From IMG/VR virus record IMGVR_UViG_3300020045_021065, positions 1 through 36,782 of that record: a DNA stretch of 36,782 nucleotides; one strand, written 5' to 3'. The stretch is from a virus. Lineage: Duplodnaviria; Caudoviricetes. The notes below the pieces were generated by a model, which ran no database searches, was not told where the DNA came from, and was given only the letters and a program-made list of their open reading frames with translations. This document shows positions 9,750-19,656 of the stretch, piece after piece (position 1 is the stretch's first letter; each line of letters opens with the position of its first letter). A program made the position numbers and the translations under genes.

Positions 9750-10055
9750 ATGTATCGTTGCAAATTGTATGATGGAGAAAGATTAGTAAACGATGCTATG
9801 TATTTAACAGAGGAACTCGGCAGGGAGTGGGCAGCACAATACCACTTAAAAGGTCTAGTCAGTAAAGACTACGTTCTTAAAATGGAAAAAGTGGTTGAGC
9901 ATCCCTCTGATCTTAGGGCGAAAGAATATACCTCTAACGGCATTAATTCAGATAAATTTATAGAACTCTTGATGAACGATGATCAAGTAGCGATTGCAGA
10001 ATTTAGACTAAAGAAAAGAGAAATTGATCTTAAATACCCAATGAGAAGGCAGTGA
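9750..10055 (+). CDS. Putative tail fibre assembly chaperone-like protein
   Basis: Follows fibre gene; LRAKEY...EIDLKYP C-terminal pattern seen in fibre-associated proteins. Confidence 0.5.
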   Translation: MYRCKLYDGERLVNDAMYLTEELGREWAAQYHLKGLVSKDYVLKMEKVVEHPSDLRAKEYTSNGINSDKFIELLMNDDQVAIAEFRLKKREIDLKYPMRRQ

Positions 10056-10056
10056 C

Positions 10057-11868
10057 ATGGCACTCCTTCATCCACCTTCAGTCACCATCCCCAACTTCTC
10101 AGGCGGGTTTAAATCAAACTCGACTTACGCCGATCTTATGCCAGGGGAAACTAACGATGCTCAAAACTGCGAGTACACTCCCGGCAATAATGTTGAGCAA
10201 CGCTTGGGGTGCGAGAAACTCCTCAACGTCAAACTCACCGCCTCCTCGGCCTCCACTGGTGTTCCTCTTACTGGCCATTTTTTTTTTAAATCTCTTGGGA
10301 CTACTTCTACTTACCACGTAGTCGCAGCGGGAGATTCTCTCTACCGTTATAACTCTTCCACCGCTGCTATTATCCTTTCAGGCCTCACTAATAACTCCAA
10401 TACCTTTTGGCAGTTTGAACAGATTGCCGATCCCTCTGATCTCTCTAAGGACATCATAGTAGGCGTCAATGGCGTAAACCGTATGGTTATGTGGGACGGT
10501 TCTGGCACGGCCTCTTTTGTAGACTCTTTAACCAGTGCTACTCAAGTTCCCATCGCTAGCTTTATTCTCGAACATGAGCGGAGACTCTATGCTGGAAGAG
10601 TAGTAGACGCAACCGATATCGATTCTCCTGTCAAAGTAGTTAGAACTGAGTTCGGAACTGATGGTATTCCTAATCCTCATAGATTCACCCAAGAATTCTT
10701 TGTGGGAGGTACAGGCCGTGGCGGGGAGATTCAAAACCAGATGGTGCTCAATGAGCAGATAATCTTTTATCTGAGAAACGAAATCTGGAAGTTCACTCCT
10801 CAGCTTGGGGACGTTAACGCCCTTGAGATGATCGCTTCCGACATCGGCCTATATGCGCCCTACAGTTTAGTGTCTAACGGAGATCTGCATTTTTTCCTAT
10901 CAGAACGAGGCGTCTATATTTTTGACGGGAATAAACCTCGCCACATTTCGAAAGATATTGATAACTTGCTTTTAGGCAACGTGACTCAATCCCAACTCAA
11001 GTACGCTAAAGCGGTGTACGATTTTGAGCGCAACCAATATAAGCTCTATTTGCCAGAAGAGGGCTCTAACCAGAACAATCTAGGGCTAGTCTTTGATGTA
11101 AGACTTGGGATTTGGCAACCTCCCGTCACAGGCCGAACAGTTAGCTGCCTCTCTACTTTCCTAGATAGTGATGACCGTCAGCGCATCGTTTTTGGCGACT
11201 ACTACGGGTATCTATTTGAAGATGGGAAGTTTAAAAATGACGGCATTGAGAGAGCTTTTAACGGGACAGTTTCAGCAGCGACCCTTAGCACTCTCACTGA
11301 CAATGGTCAGAATTTCCCTACTGCCAGCGATGGACTTCAAGGCCTCTACCTCAAGATCCTTTCCGGGGTAGGTCAGACACAGAGGCGCAGGATTATCAGC
11401 AACACTTCCGCAGTCTTAACACTTGACCAAAATTTTTCAGTCGTTCCAAACAGTGCTTCCACCTACACTATTGCTGCCATTGAGAGTGATTGGCGCAGTA
11501 AAGACTATGAGATGGGTGCCCATGACCTTCTAAAAATTTTTACTTACATACGCTCTAGGATTGCAGAAAAAGGTAATTTCAATTTAGACTTGAACTATAT
11601 TATAGATTTTAAGAGAGTAAACCAATCAACCCTTTCAAGTTTGCTTATGCTAGAGGGGGGATTTGCTTGGGATGCGTCCAATTCTCGCTGGGACACCATC
11701 CGCTGGGGAGCAGCTACTCAGATCGTGAAAAAAACCGACATGCGGTCTACTCCTCAACAAAGTACCACTGGCAATCATTTGGCCTTACGCTATTCTAACT
11801 ATATGGCCAATCAGGACTGGCGACTAACAGGGTTTGATATCCAAGCGAAACCAATAGGGCGGATGTAA
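10057..11868 (+). CDS. Tail nozzle / stabilisation protein (P22 gp10 / T7 gp12-like)
   Basis: 603 aa; NFSGG...A.N...GNNVEQR.G N-terminus, beta-propeller-like body, IG..APYS, FFLS.RGVY.FDG, WRSKDY. Confidence 0.8.
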   Translation: MALLHPPSVTIPNFSGGFKSNSTYADLMPGETNDAQNCEYTPGNNVEQRLGCEKLLNVKLTASSASTGVPLTGHFFFKSLGTTSTYHVVAAGDSLYRYNSSTAAIILSGLTNNSNTFWQFEQIADPSDLSKDIIVGVNGVNRMVMWDGSGTASFVDSLTSATQVPIASFILEHERRLYAGRVVDATDIDSPVKVVRTEFGTDGIPNPHRFTQEFFVGGTGRGGEIQNQMVLNEQIIFYLRNEIWKFTPQLGDVNALEMIASDIGLYAPYSLVSNGDLHFFLSERGVYIFDGNKPRHISKDIDNLLLGNVTQSQLKYAKAVYDFERNQYKLYLPEEGSNQNNLGLVFDVRLGIWQPPVTGRTVSCLSTFLDSDDRQRIVFGDYYGYLFEDGKFKNDGIERAFNGTVSAATLSTLTDNGQNFPTASDGLQGLYLKILSGVGQTQRRRIISNTSAVLTLDQNFSVVPNSASTYTIAAIESDWRSKDYEMGAHDLLKIFTYIRSRIAEKGNFNLDLNYIIDFKRVNQSTLSSLLMLEGGFAWDASNSRWDTIRWGAATQIVKKTDMRSTPQQSTTGNHLALRYSNYMANQDWRLTGFDIQAKPIGRM

Positions 11869-12650
11869 TGGGTATTTTAAAAAAAGCAAAGAGGACAGTT
11901 AGCGGGACAATAGGGCCTGTAGGTGGGACCTTGCTCGGATACGGACTAGGTGGAGGTCTCGGCGCTTTAGTTGGCCTCGGTCTTGGTGGCGGGTTTGATA
12001 AAGACCACTTAATGCCCATACCAGATTTTGCCGAAAACAGGAAAAAGGCAAAAGAACTTTTTCAGAAGTCTCAGCTAGAGGCGCAGCTTGCAGGGAGTTT
12101 GCAAGGTCAACTGGCAGGAGTGGAAAACGAAGCGGCCAGAGAAGAGGCCATCTACGCTCAAGGACTGGAAGAGTCCACTGGCCAAGCTATAGGTATCACT
12201 AAAGAGATGTTATCAAGAGAGCTAGAAGGTGTAGACGCTGAGGCCATGGAGGCAACCAGACAAGTGGGTGAAGGTCAGGCAAAAACAGGGATGTTGAGGT
12301 CTAGCTTTACTCAGGGCCAAATAGAAGACGTGCAGCTTGCCAAGCTTCAGGCAAAGGGAGAATTGCAGCTAGCTCAACAAGAAAAAGAACTCGCCCTTAA
12401 AACTCAGAAGAGCGATACTTTGGCCAACATCGCTAGAGGCAGACGAACTGCCCAGCTAGAGAGGCTTTCCACTCAGCTCGATAGTGCTCAGGCCAGACGT
12501 GATTATTTAGCAATGGCCGCATCAGAACAAGAGTTAAGTATAGAGTTAACTCAAGCTGGGCTTAGATCTCAGCGGACCCAGATGGCCGCAAGTGCTATTG
12601 GTGGCCTAGCAGGTAGTGCTGCTAGGATATTTGGAATGAGCTTGAACTAG
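11868..12650 (+). CDS. Putative DNA ejection/pilot protein
   Basis: N-terminal glycine zipper, Q/A/E-rich coiled coil, GMLRSS motif, C-terminal Gly/Ala helix. Confidence 0.6.
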   Translation: MGILKKAKRTVSGTIGPVGGTLLGYGLGGGLGALVGLGLGGGFDKDHLMPIPDFAENRKKAKELFQKSQLEAQLAGSLQGQLAGVENEAAREEAIYAQGLEESTGQAIGITKEMLSRELEGVDAEAMEATRQVGEGQAKTGMLRSSFTQGQIEDVQLAKLQAKGELQLAQQEKELALKTQKSDTLANIARGRRTAQLERLSTQLDSAQARRDYLAMAASEQELSIELTQAGLRSQRTQMAASAIGGLAGSAARIFGMSLN

Positions 12651-12658
12651 GAGTAACA

Positions 12659-13147
12659 ATGATAAACCCATCGGAACTTGGTCAACGTTTGCAGGATGAT
12701 TACTCTGAAGCTGAGTCTACTGTTCAAAAGAGTTCTCGCAGTTTAGGCGTGAGAAGAGATAAAGACACCAACCTAGGGTTCGAACCAAAAGCACTTAGAG
12801 TTCGAGGAAAAATAATCGGCCAATCCGAGTTTGCCGCTATGAACGCTAAGATATCAGAGACCATCGATAACCTGCTCAGTACTTCTAGAATTGTGGATAC
12901 GGCCCAGGCCGCAGAGTTTAAGTCTGAAATGGAAGAGAAGTTCAGAGAGCTGAAAATGGAAATATTTAAGAGCGGTCTTAAAATGGATAAAGATATTAAG
13001 TTTTCTAAAATGAAAATGGATGAACGTGCGGCCATTATCTCGGCACTTTCTGGCACTGCTAAAGGGATAGGCGAAATGAGCGTTTTTGAATTTAACGATA
13101 GGGCCACACAGCGGCAAACTACGGCCGTTAACAAGGCAGGTCGATAA
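12659..13147 (+). CDS. Putative internal virion protein
   Basis: Helical; lies within ejection gene block; AGGAG RBS. Confidence 0.5.
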   Translation: MINPSELGQRLQDDYSEAESTVQKSSRSLGVRRDKDTNLGFEPKALRVRGKIIGQSEFAAMNAKISETIDNLLSTSRIVDTAQAAEFKSEMEEKFRELKMEIFKSGLKMDKDIKFSKMKMDERAAIISALSGTAKGIGEMSVFEFNDRATQRQTTAVNKAGR

Positions 13148-13875
13148 TGGCGGCCACCTACGGAATTTTAGCGGCCATCCAAGGGTTCACCGAGGGACTT
13201 GCCTCGGGATTAGAAAAGCGCAAAGAGCTAGAGCTGAAAGAGCGTGAACTGGAACTGCAATCTGGTTATCGCAGGGATGAACTTTCTTTAAAAAAAGAAG
13301 AGATGCTTAAAGAAGACGAACGTTTTAAATCTAAGCTAGATTTATCTGAACGCAAAACGTCTGCTCTTGAAAAAAAATATGGGGCCGACAGGGCACAGGA
13401 TGCCTTGGAACATGAATACAAGCGTGACAATGACCTCGTGATCCAAAACAAGCGCAGCGTTTCTGATTTGCAAAAGAGTAGAATAAAAATAAAAAAAGAT
13501 TTAGCTGAACTTGAGCTAAATGATGCGGTAGCCCCAGAAGTCAGGACTAAACAAAAAGAGTCTTTAGAATCTCTTCTAGTCGAGATTGATACCAACATAG
13601 AAAACATTAATAGCGAAAGTACGAAGCTTATTACTAAAAGGCAAAAAGAAGAGGAGATTCTCCCCATTAAACGGAAGGCCAAAGAAGAAGGGATACCAGG
13701 TGCAGATCGTTTACTTGACGGGGTAGAAAGTATTAGCGTTCACAACCCAGTGATGGAGGCCTCTCTTTTTACAGAGATTGAGAAATTGCCCGAGAGTAAA
13801 ACTAAAAATGATTTAAAAGAGAGACTGAAACAAAAGATGCTTTCAACTAGGTCTCCGTTAATGATGGGGCCTTAA
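13147..13875 (+). CDS. Putative ejection protein (coiled-coil)
   Basis: N-terminal GILAAIQGFTEGLASG amphipathic helix followed by highly charged coiled coil. Confidence 0.55.
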   Translation: MAATYGILAAIQGFTEGLASGLEKRKELELKERELELQSGYRRDELSLKKEEMLKEDERFKSKLDLSERKTSALEKKYGADRAQDALEHEYKRDNDLVIQNKRSVSDLQKSRIKIKKDLAELELNDAVAPEVRTKQKESLESLLVEIDTNIENINSESTKLITKRQKEEEILPIKRKAKEEGIPGADRLLDGVESISVHNPVMEASLFTEIEKLPESKTKNDLKERLKQKMLSTRSPLMMGP

Positions 13876-13876
13876 G

Positions 13877-16800
13877 GTGGGGCAAACTTTTGAAGAATTC
13901 GTCAATGAGATCAACCGTGAAAATCCTCATATAAAGATAGAACTCCCTCCTAAAGAAAAACCTCAAGAGAAAGTCTCAAAAGATTCAATTAGTACCGACC
14001 ACGTTAGAGGTGATCTTGCCAGAGCGATGATGCCTAAACTAGGAACCCCATTAGAGAAGAAACAAAGTCTTGCTTGGGAAAAATTTTTAGCAGAGGTGGA
14101 AGGACGGCCTGCCCCAGTGGAGTCAACCAAGGTTGAGAGCGGGGCCTTAGTAGGGAAAATTCTCGATTCTAAAACTGAGACACAGAAAAAGTGGGAGTTA
14201 TTTTTAGCAGACGTTGAGAGGTCTGTAAGTGTTGGTGTAGATAAACCTAGTTACGGAGATTCAATATTTGGGTCACTTCGAAAAGTTTATAATAGTCTAG
14301 TTGACGAGGGGTTCGAAAAAGCGGGTGTTGCGGCCGGTAAGGTGGGGGCATATATTCCTGACCCAGTAAAAGCGCAAACTGAAAAAGTAGTAGAAAAAAT
14401 TAAAGAGGCCTTCGATCACGATGCTACTAGAACTTTTTTAACCGCACTAGGGGCAGATGAGCATGCTATCGTAAAAGGATTATTCTCTGCCCACGGTTAC
14501 GATAAGTTAGAGAATTTTGGAGATTACACTTATACGAACTACCTTTTAAGGTCTGGACTACCCAACGATCCTTTTACTAAATCGATGGGTTTTGCTATGT
14601 CAGTTGGCCTGTCCCCGTCTACGTATTTGACGTTTGGTTCAACCGCTGCGAAAAAAATGTTTACCAGGGCCTCTGGGTTAACGTTCACTAAAGAAGGCAG
14701 AACGCTAGTTAACAACCTTGCCAACAAAATGACCGACTCAATAATCGAGGCAAAGAAGGCCAGAGGTCAGACTATAACCGATGTCACTCGGTCTCATATT
14801 GCAAGAAACACACTGAAGAATGTGGAAGGTCAGGTAGCAAAACGCTTTGGAGAAATCGATAAGCTAAACGTCTATAAGAATGTGTCTCAAGATGTAGCTG
14901 ATTTGCCAGAAAGCATTATCTCTAAGGGCGGGGCAAAACTGGAAGTCCCATTTGCCGGGAAAGAGATCCCTTTAGTTAATTTTTCATTGACCCAGGCAGC
15001 GGATATTTCTCTCTTTGGCAAAACAGTGGTCACCGGAGAAAAAGTTACTGAAATAGTAAATGCCGTAGGACTCCCCCAATTTTCTAAATCAGTGAGAGAA
15101 TCTAGAATCGGACAAGGGTTTTCTAAAACAACTCAATTTACTAAAGACCTTTTCATCACAAATAACCGCATCCCTCAAGATCTCATGCGGGTTGTGCGCA
15201 ATGCAGGCCAAGATCTAAACAAAACAATAGACTCTCCCCTTGTAAAAGGTAAGTACACTAGGTCTCAGATTGATATGGCGGTTGCCACTTCTAACTGGGA
15301 AAAAACTCAGGAAGCGTTTAGACAGATGCAAGAGGAAGCTGGGAAACAATCTCAAGCTTTTTTCCAGGGATTGAACAAAGAGGAACTCCTTGAGTTTGAT
15401 CGCATCGGGAAAACAGTTTCAGAAATTAGCGAGAAGGTTTACGTAAAATCCACTAAGGGGCCTAATCTACAAAACAAGATCGATCAGTGGTATGGGCAGG
15501 GTAAATATAGAGGGAAAGGTTTAGGCAAGGAACTTGCGGAAAAATCTCGAATATTCGAAGTGGATGGATACCCACTGAAAAACTGGTACCCAAGAATATT
15601 AAAGGGTTTATCCCCAGAGTCAGTGAAACTTGAAAACGTGGTAGGCCCAGCGGAGAGAAAATTTCTCACAAAGAGAACAGAACAATCCCAAAAAATGTTT
15701 ACTAATGACCCTATTAACGCTCTAGCAGTAAGACTCACTCAAATATCAAAAGCGGAACTGCAAGATGAATTTTATCGCCAGATCATAAGAAAAAACATGG
15801 GGAGTCCTAAGCTGGCAAAAGAGTTTATAAATGAGGCCGATGCCTTTGAACAAGGGTATGCAAGGTTAGTTAGGCCACCTAATTCGAAGCTCTTCAAAAA
15901 CTCCGCTGACTCGATGACCGACGCTTTAGAAAAAGAGACAAGACGCTATAAATATTACGACAAGGATTTTGTTCGGCAATATGAAATGCTCACTAAAACA
16001 GAAAAGGATAACCCTTTTATCACGCTGCTAGAGGGTGCGACCAACGCTTGGAAGAAAGGAGTCACTGTCTATTTCCCTTCATTCCATGCCAGGAACTTTA
16101 ACGGGAATATTATTTTTAACGCCCAATCGATCGGCGGTTTTACTTTTTCTCCCAAGGGCAACAAGCTTGCCCACGATCTCTATATGGGGAATAAGCTCCA
16201 CAAAGTTTTTAGGACAGAAATCGGAGAAAGGCTTTCAGGCCAAACACTGATAAACGAAGCGACTAAGTGGAACGTTTTAAAAGACGGTCTCTATGTAGCA
16301 GATCTTGGTGGCGAAAAACTTTCAAGCGAATTGGCAAAAACTGCCTGGGGTGAAACGCTCCAAAAATATGCTCACCCTTTTTCTAAGGCCGCTGAATACC
16401 CCACTCGCTTTGGGACGTATATTGAAAACCAAGCACGTCTTCTGAATTATCTCCATTGGAGAAATAAAGGTCTCTCCCCTCGTGCCGCGGCCATGGAAGT
16501 GAACAATGCCCTTTTTAACTATGGGGATATCACTAAGTTTGAGCGAAGGGCCAAGCTGGCAATACCCTTCTATACTTTCTCTAAAAAGAACTTGGCCTTG
16601 CAAGCGAGGATGCTTACCTCTCGCCCAGGAGTGATCGCTGCTCAGACAAAACTTATTCAAAGTGCAGGGCCTAATGAACAGGAACTAAGGGAACAGCTTC
16701 CAGAATGGGCAAAGGATAAACTCATCACTAAAGTTTTCGGGGACTTCTATACTGGTTTTGGATTGCCGATCGAGGATGCGCTAGAGTTACTCGACGTTAG

Positions 16801-17446
16801 CGGCCGAGAATCGGTTATACGCAGTAACCCTATCCTTAGAGTTGGGATAGAGAAAATGGTGGGCAAAGATTTTTATACAGATCGTGATATTCAAAAGATC
16901 AATCACGCGAATGAATTTAAAGGTGTTGTTGAGATGACTGAAAGAGACGATATCCCAGAATTCATCAAGTCCCCTTTCGTCGAAGTAAGATCATTTTTAA
17001 AATTGCAAAGAGATCCAAAAAACCGCAAAAAGATTATCGGTGACCCCGATATGCTTCACCTCTCTAGGGCCTTGGCGACTTCACGCTTTCAATCGGTCTT
17101 GGGGATGTTGCAAAAAGAAAACCTCTCCACTATGGAGAAAGTTCTAAGGGTGAGCTGGGGTCTAATTAAACTGGAACCAGATCCATCTCTAAAAATATCC
17201 ATAGAAAAATGGAAGCAATCATCGGCCATAAAAAAGATCGCAGAGGAAACTAATACGGCCAGAGCGTCAGACTTTTATTGTTTCGGAGGCGACCCCTTCG
17301 TTAGGAAAATTTGCAATAAATATTTGCAAGAGATAAAGAAAGGGAGATCGTCGGTAAAAACCATGAGAAAGATGACTGAGCTATTCAGAGAGAAAGCTGA
17401 GAGGGTTCAGGGTATACGGACCATGAGAATCAACCGTGACAACTAA
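13877..17446 (+). CDS. Large internal virion/ejection protein
   Basis: 1189 aa; C-terminal W...T...P.FH.RN..GN, F.Y...T.FE...IPFYTF, P.W, NP......E...GKD.Y motifs typical of large podovirus ejection (LPD38-like) proteins. Confidence 0.7.
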   Translation: MGQTFEEFVNEINRENPHIKIELPPKEKPQEKVSKDSISTDHVRGDLARAMMPKLGTPLEKKQSLAWEKFLAEVEGRPAPVESTKVESGALVGKILDSKTETQKKWELFLADVERSVSVGVDKPSYGDSIFGSLRKVYNSLVDEGFEKAGVAAGKVGAYIPDPVKAQTEKVVEKIKEAFDHDATRTFLTALGADEHAIVKGLFSAHGYDKLENFGDYTYTNYLLRSGLPNDPFTKSMGFAMSVGLSPSTYLTFGSTAAKKMFTRASGLTFTKEGRTLVNNLANKMTDSIIEAKKARGQTITDVTRSHIARNTLKNVEGQVAKRFGEIDKLNVYKNVSQDVADLPESIISKGGAKLEVPFAGKEIPLVNFSLTQAADISLFGKTVVTGEKVTEIVNAVGLPQFSKSVRESRIGQGFSKTTQFTKDLFITNNRIPQDLMRVVRNAGQDLNKTIDSPLVKGKYTRSQIDMAVATSNWEKTQEAFRQMQEEAGKQSQAFFQGLNKEELLEFDRIGKTVSEISEKVYVKSTKGPNLQNKIDQWYGQGKYRGKGLGKELAEKSRIFEVDGYPLKNWYPRILKGLSPESVKLENVVGPAERKFLTKRTEQSQKMFTNDPINALAVRLTQISKAELQDEFYRQIIRKNMGSPKLAKEFINEADAFEQGYARLVRPPNSKLFKNSADSMTDALEKETRRYKYYDKDFVRQYEMLTKTEKDNPFITLLEGATNAWKKGVTVYFPSFHARNFNGNIIFNAQSIGGFTFSPKGNKLAHDLYMGNKLHKVFRTEIGERLSGQTLINEATKWNVLKDGLYVADLGGEKLSSELAKTAWGETLQKYAHPFSKAAEYPTRFGTYIENQARLLNYLHWRNKGLSPRAAAMEVNNALFNYGDITKFERRAKLAIPFYTFSKKNLALQARMLTSRPGVIAAQTKLIQSAGPNEQELREQLPEWAKDKLITKVFGDFYTGFGLPIEDALELLDVSGRESVIRSNPILRVGIEKMVGKDFYTDRDIQKINHANEFKGVVEMTERDDIPEFIKSPFVEVRSFLKLQRDPKNRKKIIGDPDMLHLSRALATSRFQSVLGMLQKENLSTMEKVLRVSWGLIKLEPDPSLKISIEKWKQSSAIKKIAEETNTARASDFYCFGGDPFVRKICNKYLQEIKKGRSSVKTMRKMTELFREKAERVQGIRTMRINRDN

Positions 17447-17843
17447 ACCATTTGCGTTCATTAAAAGTTTAGATGAACGTGATATCCCAACGTTGAATAA
17501 AACAATAACAAGAGCTTATCAAACTAGGCTAGAAGGTATTTACCACAGAGAAGAGTCAGGAGTGTTTCAGCTACTGTACCAATCAATAGAGACCGGAGAT
17601 GTTTATTTTTCGGCCAATGGTTCTCCCACTACTCAGCGCACTTTTGCGTTAGCAGAAAAACAACATAAAATTCTTTTTGCTAAAGCAGAGGCACTCGATA
17701 CTAGAATAAAAGCGACGATAACCGATGTTACTCTCACTGCTGTAACCATCGCTCTTTCCATGATCTCTGCCACGGGGAACTTCTCCGCTGTAACCACTGC
17801 ATCTATCAGGGTCTTTTATGAAGTCAAAGGGTCTAACCCCTAA
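17436..17843 (+). CDS. Hypothetical structural protein, Thr/Ser-rich C-terminus
   Basis: Last gene of the structural run; GTG start overlapping previous stop. Confidence 0.55.
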   Translation: MTTKPFAFIKSLDERDIPTLNKTITRAYQTRLEGIYHREESGVFQLLYQSIETGDVYFSANGSPTTQRTFALAEKQHKILFAKAEALDTRIKATITDVTLTAVTIALSMISATGNFSAVTTASIRVFYEVKGSNP

Positions 17844-18658
17844 ACCCTTAAAAACCTTTTCAATTTTTCAATCAAAAACAAATCTGTTTTTAGCCTGCTT
17901 TCAATCGACCTCCCTGCAATGTGGGGTGTGACGATTACGTTTGGAAGGGCGTTAAATTTCTCAGGAATATTGGTAACGTCCAAGGCCGCTGCACCGATGG
18001 CCCCTATCTGTAATTTAACGTAGAGCGATTCTTCGTCCACGATATCTGCCCTAGCAGTATTGATAAAGCACGATTGAGGAGACATCAGACTTAGACACTT
18101 GTTATCTACCCCCCGTTCAGTCTCTTCATTCAAGGATAAGTGAATACTGACAATATCGCTGTAGTTAAAAACATCATAGAGAGGTGAATGGTAAAACCAC
18201 TTGTCATAAGTCATCACGTTCATCCGCAGGCCCTTGCACATTTTAGAAACCTGCTTGCCTATACGGCCATAACCAATTAGTCCGATGGTCTTGTGCTGAA
18301 GTTCTTGCGTTGGCAGAACCTCTTTATAAAGTCTCAAGAGCAGATAAAGGGTGTGCTCCGCTGTAGAGGATATAGTCTCTAGGAACCTTGTTTCTCCTTT
18401 TAGCGTGATGATTGGCGGGCCTCCTTTGAAAAGATGGTTCTCTCCCGTAGTGGCCGAACAGATGACTTTAACTTGCGGGAACCTTTCCATAAGTTTTTCG
18501 GTGATGGGCATATATTGATCAGTAACAATAATAGTTACAATTTTAGGATCTACCGAAAAAGGAGTTTTATGGACTACACCCAGACTCTCCCACCGGGTGA
18601 AAAAACTTTTATCCCCGGGAGTTTTTCTGGCCATATTCAAAATGACTTGACTTCCCAT
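17840..18658 (-). CDS. D-isomer-specific 2-hydroxyacid dehydrogenase (SerA/glycerate DH-like)
   Basis: STAEH, Rossmann GLIGYGRIG, SDIVSIH, FINTARA, AALDV, TPHIAG; AAGGTGAG RBS. Confidence 0.92.
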   Translation of the reverse strand: MGSQVILNMARKTPGDKSFFTRWESLGVVHKTPFSVDPKIVTIIVTDQYMPITEKLMERFPQVKVICSATTGENHLFKGGPPIITLKGETRFLETISSTAEHTLYLLLRLYKEVLPTQELQHKTIGLIGYGRIGKQVSKMCKGLRMNVMTYDKWFYHSPLYDVFNYSDIVSIHLSLNEETERGVDNKCLSLMSPQSCFINTARADIVDEESLYVKLQIGAIGAAALDVTNIPEKFNALPNVIVTPHIAGRSIESRLKTDLFLIEKLKRFLRV

Positions 18659-18681
18659 TTGCTCACCTTTTCAATAGGACT

Positions 18682-19656
18682 ATGCAATATTCTAGGTTTG
18701 AGTTTGAAACTCACCAATATTTCAACTCTCTTGGTTCAACTTTTTTCGAAAAGAGTCTATGTCCCTATAAACACAATGCACCTGCTCACCACCTTTTTCA
18801 AAAAGAATCGATGGAAGTGGTTCGCTGTCCTGAATGTTTGATTGTCTTTAACAGAAATCAGGCGGGGGACTCGTACTTAGAGGCCTTCTACCAAAAGTCC
18901 AAAGCAATGGATACATGGTCTAAACTAAAAGAAAACCAAAACAAAAAACAGACCGCTAAATTCCAAAAGGCCGTATCAATTATCCATAACCATAAGGCCT
19001 CATCCGTTCTTGATATCGGATGCGGGAACGGTTTTTTCCTTTCCCTTTTAGACGTTGCCGAAAGAGTAGGGGTAGACTCCCATCGCAAAAGCTTAGAGGT
19101 CGCAAAAAAGTTAGGGGCCGAAACTAAGCTTAAGGGTATCGAGGAATTTTTTACCACTAATAAGCGCAGATTCGATGTCATCACTCTTTGGGGAATACTT
19201 GAACACTATAAAGAACCGCTAGGCCTTTTGAACGCTTGCTATGAGGCCTTGAATCATAAGGGGTTAATCTTTATTTGTGTACCTAACATGGGTTCTGAAG
19301 TGGTTAAAACTCTAGGGAAGGAGTGCTTTACCTTTTGTCCTCAACATCTTTGGTATTTTACTCTCGACCAGATGGCCGATCTTTGTGATCATGCCGGGTT
19401 TTTTTACAATCAGCACTACACGATTGAACCAGAAATCGCCCCTATCATTAAAGCAAGGTCGCACTTCCCTCCCTACGGGAAAACTACTCCAAAAACTCCA
19501 GCTAGAAATTACCTTTTGAGAAAGATCAAAAAGCTAGATCGTGGCTATAAATTGGTTTATGTCGGGGAGAAGAATGAAACACTATGCGATTATACCGGCC
19601 AGAGAGAATTCAAAATCAATCAAAAACAAAAATCTAATCCTCCTCAAAAAAAATGA
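18682..19656 (+). CDS. Class I SAM-dependent methyltransferase with N-terminal Cys motif
   Basis: VLDIGCGNG, FDVITLWGILEH, G.IFICVPN, HLWYFT; N-terminal CPY...CPEC. Confidence 0.9.
   Translation: MQYSRFEFETHQYFNSLGSTFFEKSLCPYKHNAPAHHLFQKESMEVVRCPECLIVFNRNQAGDSYLEAFYQKSKAMDTWSKLKENQNKKQTAKFQKAVSIIHNHKASSVLDIGCGNGFFLSLLDVAERVGVDSHRKSLEVAKKLGAETKLKGIEEFFTTNKRRFDVITLWGILEHYKEPLGLLNACYEALNHKGLIFICVPNMGSEVVKTLGKECFTFCPQHLWYFTLDQMADLCDHAGFFYNQHYTIEPEIAPIIKARSHFPPYGKTTPKTPARNYLLRKIKKLDRGYKLVYVGEKNETLCDYTGQREFKINQKQKSNPPQKK

Noticed and set aside
17840-18658. Dehydrogenase as a recombinase-invertible segment
   Set aside because: No flanking inverted repeats seen; its stop codon interlocks with the neighbouring gene
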